NCBI GenBank assembly: GCA_964397745.1
Contig: CAYNKH010000002.1
Span: 1-46,653, forward strand
Reading direction: 5' to 3'
Origin: an uncultured Bacteroidales bacterium
GTDB taxonomy: Bacteria; Bacteroidota; Bacteroidia; Bacteroidales; ML635J-15
DNA length: 46,653 nt
Below, one piece after another: positions 24,989-32,273 of this stretch. How positions within the stretch are numbered: position 1 is the stretch's first letter; each line of letters starts with the position of its first letter. The position numbers and the translations under genes are program-made. The notes beneath the pieces were generated by a model. That model saw only the letters and a program-made list of their open reading frames with translations. It was not told the origin of the DNA and did not search any database.

Positions 24989-26509
24989 ATGAAAAATTTA
25001 AAAATCTTTCTATTGTTCTTAATTTCTATTGTTTTGTTATTATCAGTCAATTTATTTTCTCAAACATATAAAATAGTAGATACTAATCAGGATGAATTTT
25101 ACGGAAATACAGGTTCAATTACTGAGCCTAATGTTGGTAATGCGTTTTATGGTCAGGATGCGACATATTCTGGCAATCAGCCTTCTTATACCGATAATGG
25201 CAATGGAACTATTACCGATAATATTACAGGATTAATGTGGGTAAAAACTTGTGATTTGAATGGTGATGGAATTATTAATGCAGAAGACAAATTATCATAT
25301 ACCGAATCGCTTGCCGCAGCCGATACTTTTAGTTTAGCAGCTTATGAGGACTGGAGACTTCCAACAATAAAAGAACAATATTCGCTTATTATTTTTAGTG
25401 GTATAGACCCAAGTGGTTTTGAAGGAAGTGTTGATGAGCTTATCCCATTTGTTGATACAGATTATTTTGGATTTGGTTATGGTGATGAAGATTCTGGCGA
25501 AAGAATTATTGATGCACAAATGGCTACTTCAACTCTTTATGTTGGCACTACAATGATGGGTGCTGAAACTATGTTTGGAGTTAATTTTGCCGATGGAAGA
25601 ATTAAAGGATACGGAACAGGACCAATGCCAAGTCAAACTGAAGATAAACTATTCTATGTTTATTTTGTAAGAGGGAATACTAATTATGGAATAAATGATT
25701 TTGAAGATAATCAAAATGGTACTATTACAGATAATGCAACAGGTTTAATGTGGACAACAAACGATAATGGCGTAGGTCTTATTTGGCAGGACGCATTAGA
25801 ATATGCGGAAAGTGCTACAACATCAGGATACTCAGACTGGAGATTGCCAAACGCAAAAGAGCTTCAAAGTATAATTGATTATAGCAGATCTCCAACAACA
25901 ACATCTTCAGCAGCAATTAATCCAATTTTTAACTGCTCAACAATTACAGACGAAGGTGGTGAATCAAATTATCCTTTCTTCTGGACAAGCACAACACATT
26001 CTAATTGGACAAGCAATAATTATGGAACTGCTGCCGTATATTTATGCTTTGGCGAAGCTTTAGGATTTATGGAATCAATGCCTCCTGGCTCTGGAGATTA
26101 TACACTAATGGATGTACATGGTGCTGGTTCACAACGTAGTGACCCTAAAACAGGGGATCCTGCAGATTTTCCAAACGGTAACGGACCTCAGGGAGATGTA
26201 GTTAGAATTTTTAATTATGTTAGATTAGTACGTGATATTTCAGCAGACATAAATATTTCAGAAATATTAAATAAACAATTGCAAATTTATCCTAATCCTG
26301 TTGATGAGACACTTAATATTAATTTGCAAAATACTGACGAAATTCTTAATTATTCGATAATTAGCAGTACAGGGCAAATTGTGATGAGTGGTAGTTGGTC
26401 AAATCAAGGAATATCTGCCGTGAATGTTGAAATGCTAAAGTCGGGGATTTATTTTTTATCCATTAAGACTTCTACAGAGGTTTATTATAATAAATTTGTG
26501 AAAAAATAA
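24989..26509 (+). CDS. secreted DUF1566 (Lcl C-terminal-like) repeat protein with T9SS type-A C-terminal sorting domain
   Basis: 506 aa with a signal peptide. Two DUF1566-type modules (ITDNITGLMWVK...DWRLPTIKE and ITDNATGLMWTT...DWRLPNAKEL). The C-terminus reads LQIYPNPVDETLNINL...GIYFLSIKT. Confidence 0.8.
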   Translation: MKNLKIFLLFLISIVLLLSVNLFSQTYKIVDTNQDEFYGNTGSITEPNVGNAFYGQDATYSGNQPSYTDNGNGTITDNITGLMWVKTCDLNGDGIINAEDKLSYTESLAAADTFSLAAYEDWRLPTIKEQYSLIIFSGIDPSGFEGSVDELIPFVDTDYFGFGYGDEDSGERIIDAQMATSTLYVGTTMMGAETMFGVNFADGRIKGYGTGPMPSQTEDKLFYVYFVRGNTNYGINDFEDNQNGTITDNATGLMWTTNDNGVGLIWQDALEYAESATTSGYSDWRLPNAKELQSIIDYSRSPTTTSSAAINPIFNCSTITDEGGESNYPFFWTSTTHSNWTSNNYGTAAVYLCFGEALGFMESMPPGSGDYTLMDVHGAGSQRSDPKTGDPADFPNGNGPQGDVVRIFNYVRLVRDISADINISEILNKQLQIYPNPVDETLNINLQNTDEILNYSIISSTGQIVMSGSWSNQGISAVNVEMLKSGIYFLSIKTSTEVYYNKFVKK

Positions 26510-26517
26510 TAGTTTTG
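26510..26517 (+). promoter_or_regulatory. Bacteroidota-type -7 promoter box
   Basis: TAGTTTTG lies 23 nt upstream of the ATG at 26540. This supports that ATG rather than the TTG at 26525. Confidence 0.45.
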
Positions 26518-26539
26518 TAATTTATTGCTCTTAACTTGT

Positions 26540-27646
26540 ATGAAACAGAAAGGACAAATAATAAATCGCGAAAATCTGATTTACCTTATTATATGGATAA
26601 TGGTATTTACAATGCCGATTTTTCTTTCTACTGGTGGAGACACCATTAATTGGCTTAGAATTAAACATGAGACTATCAGAATCTTTCCATTCTTTATTAT
26701 CTTCTTACTAAATAATTTCTTTTTATTTAAGTATTTAAAAAACAAAAAATACTTAAAGTATTCCGTTTTTACTGTTATTGCAATAGTTGTATTTAGTATT
26801 GCAACTTCTTTTTTTAATGTCGAAATTTTCAGGATACTTGATACGCCGCATCCGCCAATGCAACGTCCTCCTATGCCACGCCCTCCAATGCCTCATCAAG
26901 AAATGTTACCACCTATGCAACACGGTAACTTTTTTATGGTTTTCTTTAATAAATTCTTTTACAATATTCTTTTTTCCATATTGGTATTAGGGTTTAATAA
27001 TGCTATTAAAATACTAACTATTTGGTTAGAAGATAGAAGGAATTATGAATCTTTACAAAAAGCAAAACTGCAAACAGAACTTAAAGTATTAAGAAATCAA
27101 ATTAGTCCTCATTTTCTTATGAATACTCTAAATAATATCCATGCTTTAATTGATTATGATAAAGACAAGGCAAAAGAGTCTATTGTAACCTTATCGAAAC
27201 TTATGAGAGTTTTACTATATGACAGCGATAATGAAAATTACAGAGTAAAAAAAGAAATACAATTCTTAAACGATTATATTGGACTAATGAAAATTAGAGT
27301 TCAGGAAGATGTGGAGATAAAATTTGACTATACTCCAAATATTTCTGATTATAAAATACCTCCTTTATTATTTGTGAGTTTTGTTGAAAATGCATTTAAA
27401 CATGGAATAATAAGTTCCGAAAAATCCTATATTCATATAAACTTAGAGTCAGATAATAACAATTTATTATTTAGCGTAAGTAATTCAAAATCTGGCATGG
27501 AGAAAAAGGGAAATGTTAAAAAAATTGGTCTCGAAAATGCAATGCAAAGGTTTGATGCATTATATGGAGAAAATTACAATTTTGTAATATCCGAAACAAA
27601 TAATAACTTTACAGTTAGAATAAGCATCCCATTAATATGCAAATAA
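26540..27646 (+). CDS. LytS/YehU-type sensor histidine kinase (His_kinase PF06580-like)
   Basis: Multi-TM N-terminus, a proline-rich linker, then NQISPHFLMNTLNNIHALI and a GHKL ATPase-like C-terminus. It overlaps the LytTR regulator gene by 10 nt. Confidence 0.85.
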   Translation: MKQKGQIINRENLIYLIIWIMVFTMPIFLSTGGDTINWLRIKHETIRIFPFFIIFLLNNFFLFKYLKNKKYLKYSVFTVIAIVVFSIATSFFNVEIFRILDTPHPPMQRPPMPRPPMPHQEMLPPMQHGNFFMVFFNKFFYNILFSILVLGFNNAIKILTIWLEDRRNYESLQKAKLQTELKVLRNQISPHFLMNTLNNIHALIDYDKDKAKESIVTLSKLMRVLLYDSDNENYRVKKEIQFLNDYIGLMKIRVQEDVEIKFDYTPNISDYKIPPLLFVSFVENAFKHGIISSEKSYIHINLESDNNNLLFSVSNSKSGMEKKGNVKKIGLENAMQRFDALYGENYNFVISETNNNFTVRISIPLICK

Positions 27647-28353
27647 ATTGTATCACAATAGATGATGAGCCTTATGCACTTAAACAAATTTCAGATTATG
27701 TGCGAAAAACTCCGTTTTTATATCTAATTGCAGAGTGTAAAGATGCATTTGAGGCTCTTGTTTCAATAGCAGAACAAAAACCCGATTTAATTTTTGTAGA
27801 TATTAATATGCCTGAAATGAGCGGAATGGAATTAGTAAAGTCTTTGACTAATGATATGTTAATTATTTTCACTACTGCTCATAATGAATATGCTGTTGAA
27901 AGCTACAAAGTAAATGCAGTGGATTACTTGCTTAAACCCATAGGCTATAATGACTTTCTGCGTGCTGCAAACAAAGCTCAGATTGTTTGGGAAAAGAACA
28001 ATCAAGAAAATTTAAAATCCTTAGAAAATAAAGATTATATTTTTGTAAAAGCTGATGGTAGAATATATAAAGTAGAATTATCAAAAATAGACTTTATCGA
28101 AAGTGCGAGTGAATATGTTAAAATCTTTGTTAGCGGCGAAAAACCAATAATGAGTCTTATGACAATGAAAAGTTTAGAGGCAGCTCTGCCAACTGATAAA
28201 TTTATGCGTGTTCATCGCTCATATATCGTAAATCTCGATAATATTACAACTATCGAAAGAAACAGAATTATTTATTACAATAAAATTTATGTCCCAGTTA
28301 GCGAACAGTATAAGGCAGTATTTAAAGAATTTGTGGACAGAAAATTTTTATAG
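27637..28353 (+). CDS. LytTR-family response regulator
   Basis: 238 aa. Receiver domain (ITIDDEP...DLIFVDINMPEMSGMEL...KP) and C-terminal LytTR DNA-binding domain (FMRVHRSYIVNL). Confidence 0.9.
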   Translation: MQINCITIDDEPYALKQISDYVRKTPFLYLIAECKDAFEALVSIAEQKPDLIFVDINMPEMSGMELVKSLTNDMLIIFTTAHNEYAVESYKVNAVDYLLKPIGYNDFLRAANKAQIVWEKNNQENLKSLENKDYIFVKADGRIYKVELSKIDFIESASEYVKIFVSGEKPIMSLMTMKSLEAALPTDKFMRVHRSYIVNLDNITTIERNRIIYYNKIYVPVSEQYKAVFKEFVDRKFL

Positions 28354-28406
28354 GATAACTATCTCTCTGTGAAAAAATTAATCGAACAAGAACCGAGAAC
28401 CGATTA

Positions 28407-28880
28407 TCACATATCTTTACATTTTCTTCTTTCTTCTTCCATTTCTTCTTTTGTCCAAGTTTTTTCCCATGTATTACAATAATCTACAAAGGCACAATCT
28501 GAACAGTAGCCCGAACAAAAATCAATTACCCAGCCTGGCAGTGCATTAAATCCTTCTTTAAAATGCTCCCTAATTTCTCTATATACCAACTCAACTGGAG
28601 CATTCTCACTTGGCAAACAAATATTAGTTCCTTTTGCCGAAAGTGCGTTAAAAATTGCCACTAATAATTTTTGGATTTGCTTTTGATTTAATCTTTCTAC
28701 TGGAGGCAATTCTTCGTAGCTAACATTTACTATTTTTTTAGCTTCCATTTTTCGCCCCTCTTCAATTTCAAGCATTACCTTCTCAAATTCTTCATAAGAA
28801 GTACCAAAATCGGGTTCTGGTGTTGGGTTTGCCTCTGCCTCAGCAAGGTCCTCTAATAGTTGGTCAATGTATCTTTCCAT
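28407..28880 (-). CDS. hypothetical acidic protein with C-terminal Cys cluster
   Basis: 157 aa. Acidic helical N-terminus. The C-terminus is FCSGYCSDCAFVDYC (C-x3-C-x2-C-x6-C). No family recognised. It lies 77 nt downstream of the ATPase gene on the same strand, with no promoter box in between. Confidence 0.6.
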   Translation of the reverse strand: MERYIDQLLEDLAEAEANPTPEPDFGTSYEEFEKVMLEIEEGRKMEAKKIVNVSYEELPPVERLNQKQIQKLLVAIFNALSAKGTNICLPSENAPVELVYREIREHFKEGFNALPGWVIDFCSGYCSDCAFVDYCNTWEKTWTKEEMEEERRKCKDM

Positions 28881-28957
28881 AGTTGTTTTGTTTTTATTAG
28901 TTAGTGTTTTTCAATAAAGTTAATGTTTTTTTGTATATGATTTCATTTTTTTCGCAA

Positions 28958-30144
28958 TTAATATAAAAAACCAAATAACCAAAGAGGTATTTTATTTTCA
29001 AAAGAATATTCAATATTATCAGTAACTATATATGAGTTTTCAAGTTTTGCAATTTGTTTACGTGATTTAGACTTACCGCCAATTTCAAAAATATAATTAT
29101 CATCAACCAAAAAATCACCTTTGTTAGGATATGATACGAAATTTTGTGCCGATAACTGATTAAGAAAAAATGACTCACGCATATCACCTTTATTGGGCTG
29201 ATTACTTAGTGCATGAATAATATTTGAGTTATTCAGATATAATTTTTCGGGTTTATTCAAATAATTTAGGCCATGAGTATCTTTTCCTAGCCATTTTATT
29301 ATTTGAGCTTTCTCAAGATAAAATAAGTATTTAAGTAAGGTATCTCTTGTTGTTCCAACTTGCCTTGCCAATTCTTCTATATTTGGTTTGTAAGGTACAA
29401 TCCTTGAGATTACTGACAAAAGTTTTTTTATTTTTATTACAGAAGCGAATTCAATATCAAATATTGCCGGAAGATCAGTTTCGATTACCTGATTTATGGT
29501 ATTAAGCAATTGTTTTAGATAGTTTTGCTTAGCATTAATAAAAAATGGATAATAACCCATTTGTAAATATTCTTCAAAAACTTGTAAAGGTTTAATTTTA
29601 TCAATGATTAAAGAATTAAGAGAATTATCAGCCAACAAAATATCTTTTAGTTCAAATACTGGAAGAACAATTTTGTATCTTAGTTCAATATACTCACGAA
29701 ACGACAATCCTGGTAAATTATAAACAAGCGCCCTTCGACTAAGGTCATATAGCCCTTTGTGGATTTCAAGAGCTGATGATCCAGTAAATATAAGTTTTAG
29801 ATCAGGAAGCGTATCGTAAATGTTTTTTATTTCTTGCGACCAGTTCGGATATTTATGGACTTTATCTAATGCCAAAACTTCGCCACCTTTTTGATAAAAA
29901 CTTTCGGCAAATAGGACCAATTTATTTTCAGAAAAGAAAATATCATCAAGACTAACATAAAGAACGTTTTTTTTATTCGCAATGCTTTTTAAATATTGCA
30001 ATAAAATTACTGTTTTTCCACATCCTCGTGCACCAGCAATAGCTATCAACTGTGCGTCCCAATCAATCTCATCATATAAATAACGATGAAAATCATCCGG
30101 AACTTTTTTTGAAGATATTGTGAAATATTATATAACCTTTCCAT
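28958..30144 (-). pseudogene. AAA+ ATPase (AAA_14 / DUF4143-type, with C-terminal PD-(D/E)xK-like motif), 5' end frameshifted in an A7 tract
   Basis: The main ORF (28958-30049) begins inside the P-loop region (IAIAGARGCGKT). In-frame upstream codons read ...KKVPDDFHRYLYDEIDWDAQL with no start. A promoter-proximal ATG at 30144 (MERLYNISQYLQKK) is in another frame. The two frames meet at the homopolymer 30104-30110. The C-terminus GDFLVDDNYIFEIGGKSKS looks like a D...ExK nuclease motif. Confidence 0.65.
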
Positions 30145-30166
30145 AGTTGAATTTTTTACAAAAATA

Positions 30167-30174
30167 CAAAATTA
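30167..30174 (-). promoter_or_regulatory. Bacteroidota-type -7 promoter box for the ATPase gene
   Basis: The minus strand reads TAATTTTG, 23 nt upstream of the ATG at 30144. Confidence 0.45.
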
Positions 30175-30202
30175 TATAATACAAAAGTTATTTTCCTTAC
30201 AT

Positions 30203-30326
30203 TTTTCACTTTTAGAAAAGTGATTTTAACTCATATTATCACTTATAGACACTCAATTATAATGTAATTATCGCTTTTAGAAAAGTGATTTTGATGGCAA
30301 TTTTCACTTTTAGAAAAGTGATTTTA
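30203..30326. repeat. three copies of an 18-bp palindrome TCACTTTT-AG-AAAAGTGA (operator-like sites)
   Basis: Copies at 30206-30223, 30271-30288 (TCGC variant) and 30304-30321. A 19-nt core CTTTTAGAAAAGTGATTTT is identical in all three. Start-to-start spacing is 65 and 33 nt. The sites lie between the ispG stop codon and the ATPase promoter. Confidence 0.8.
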
Positions 30327-30336
30327 CACTGTTGTT

Positions 30337-32187
30337 TTAGAAATGAGCTTTATTATTATCCTCCAATAAGGATTTCTCTATAAGCTTTTTTAGCTCTTCC
30401 ACTGCGTTTTCTTGTGGAACATTTTTAACAACGGGTATTTTACCTTTATAAATATGAACTTTATTTTTTGCTGCCCCAACGCATCCGAAGTCGGCATCTG
30501 CCATCTCGCCAGGGCCATTAACAATACAGCCCATAACAGCAATTTTATAGCCTTTTAGATGTGAAAATTCTTTTTTTACAGCTTTTGTAAGTTTTTCCAA
30601 GTCGTAATTTGTTCGTCCACAACCTGGACAGGAAATAAACTCTGCTTTGGTGTATCTTAGCCCAAGAGCTTGCAATAAATCGAGTTGCAGTTGGGCTTCA
30701 TCGGTGTTTTTATTGGGTACATTTAACCAAATACCGTTTGCAAGTGCATCAACAAGTCCAGAACCTGGAAAAATTCCTATTTCAGAAATCAAATCATCCT
30801 CATCTATCGAATTACACTGATATTTTATCAATAAGGGAAGGTTTTTGTTAATTTTTTTCAACTCTTTATAAAAATATCTAAGTTCTCCCAAAGGATTTTC
30901 GGTTGAAAACTCTAATACTGGACACACATTCGATTTTGTAAAAACATCTTTAATAATATTTTTATGGATGTCAAATGTGCTTAAGCGAATAAATGTATAG
31001 GTATCAAATAGATTTTTTTGTTTGTCGATTTCAGAAAAATGGATTATAGGGTATAAATTTGATGGCTTTCCGGCTGCTTTAATTGTTTTAATATCGGCAA
31101 TACCAGGTTTGTCGGGATTGATGTTGCACATATTACTATCATCGTAGAAAATAATATCTGCCTCTGAGTGAGGATTATTTGACACAACGACGATTCTTTG
31201 ATTTGTTATTGGAATTTGCTTATATTTTTGTTCAAAAGAGTAAGGATTATATGTGTTTTTCGCTTGCGTAACAACCTGATATTTAAAAATCCTGTTTTGG
31301 AATGGGAATAATAATTTTTTTGCGAATACAATTTCGTTTTCAGGATTTTCAGTTAAGGAAACTCTTAAAGTGTCTCCAATACCATCGCTTAATAATGCTC
31401 CGATTCCGACTGCTGACTTTAATCGACCATCAATGTCAGCACCAGCTTCGGTAACACCAAGATGTTGCGGAAAAACCATTGCATTATCTAACATTCGAGC
31501 ATTTAACAAACGGCAAGCATAAGTCATTATTCGAGTGTCGCTGGCTTTCATCGATATAACCAAATTATAAAAATTTTCTGCAATAAAGATACTGGCAAAT
31601 TCAAGTGCTGCCTCAACCATTCCTTCAGGTGTATTTCCATAACGGGTTAAAATACGGTCGCTTAAAGAACCATGATTTGACCCAATTCTGATTGCTGTGC
31701 CATTTTCTTTACAAATTTTTATAAGAGGTAAAATACTTTCGTGAATTTTCTCAAGTTCCAATTGATATTCTGTTTCTGAAAACGTAATTTCTTTAAAACT
31801 TGCTCGTTTATCAATATAATTTCCAGGATTTATTCTGACTTTTTCGACTACTCGAGCAGCTTCCTCAGCAATTACTGGATTAAAGTGAACATCTGCAATA
31901 AGTGGGTTTTTGTAGCCATCAGCATGTAATCGTTTTTTTATTTCTTTAAGACTCTCTACATCAAGAATTCGTGGCGTTGCAATTCTAACAAAATCGGCAC
32001 CAGCATCAAATGTTGCTTTTGCTTGCTTTATTGAGGCTTCAAGATTTGTTGCAGGTACATTAGTCATACTTTGCAAACGTATCGGATTAAGTGATCCAAT
32101 AGAAATATCACCAATTTTTACTTCTCGGCTTGGAAACCTTTCGTAATTGTGAATGTCTATACAATATTTATTAGGAAAATTACTCAT
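30337..32187 (-). CDS. ispG: 4-hydroxy-3-methylbut-2-en-1-yl diphosphate synthase (long form with inserted domain)
   Basis: 616 aa. N-terminal TIM-barrel motifs (RIATP, GDTLRVSLT), a large central insert as in Bacteroidota/plant-type IspG, and the C-terminal 4Fe-4S motifs CPGCGRT and GCIVNGPGE. Confidence 0.92.
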   Translation of the reverse strand: MSNFPNKYCIDIHNYERFPSREVKIGDISIGSLNPIRLQSMTNVPATNLEASIKQAKATFDAGADFVRIATPRILDVESLKEIKKRLHADGYKNPLIADVHFNPVIAEEAARVVEKVRINPGNYIDKRASFKEITFSETEYQLELEKIHESILPLIKICKENGTAIRIGSNHGSLSDRILTRYGNTPEGMVEAALEFASIFIAENFYNLVISMKASDTRIMTYACRLLNARMLDNAMVFPQHLGVTEAGADIDGRLKSAVGIGALLSDGIGDTLRVSLTENPENEIVFAKKLLFPFQNRIFKYQVVTQAKNTYNPYSFEQKYKQIPITNQRIVVVSNNPHSEADIIFYDDSNMCNINPDKPGIADIKTIKAAGKPSNLYPIIHFSEIDKQKNLFDTYTFIRLSTFDIHKNIIKDVFTKSNVCPVLEFSTENPLGELRYFYKELKKINKNLPLLIKYQCNSIDEDDLISEIGIFPGSGLVDALANGIWLNVPNKNTDEAQLQLDLLQALGLRYTKAEFISCPGCGRTNYDLEKLTKAVKKEFSHLKGYKIAVMGCIVNGPGEMADADFGCVGAAKNKVHIYKGKIPVVKNVPQENAVEELKKLIEKSLLEDNNKAHF

Positions 32188-32204
32188 TTATTTAAAATTA
32201 TATA

Positions 32205-32212
32205 CAAAGATA
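32205..32212 (-). promoter_or_regulatory. Bacteroidota-type -7 promoter box for ispG
   Basis: The minus strand reads TATCTTTG, 18 nt upstream of the ATG at 32187. Confidence 0.45.
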
Positions 32213-32273
32213 AAGAAATGATTTTCTTAAAGAAACTGTTTTACGATATATCGCGGAATGCGATAAAGATATC

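Noticed and set aside
24989-26509. DUF1566 protein as the variable target of a diversity-generating retroelement
   Set aside because: DUF1566/CLec-type domains are known DGR targets. This window contains no reverse transcriptase. It also has no template repeat matching any part of the gene. The two internal DUF1566 modules are ordinary diverged domain copies.
30203-30326. Mini CRISPR array or terminator cluster
   Set aside because: There are only three repeats with irregular spacers (about 47 nt and about 15 nt between the palindromes). The repeats are short AT-rich perfect palindromes and no cas genes are present. As RNA hairpins they have a 2-nt loop and lack a U-tract on the ispG strand.
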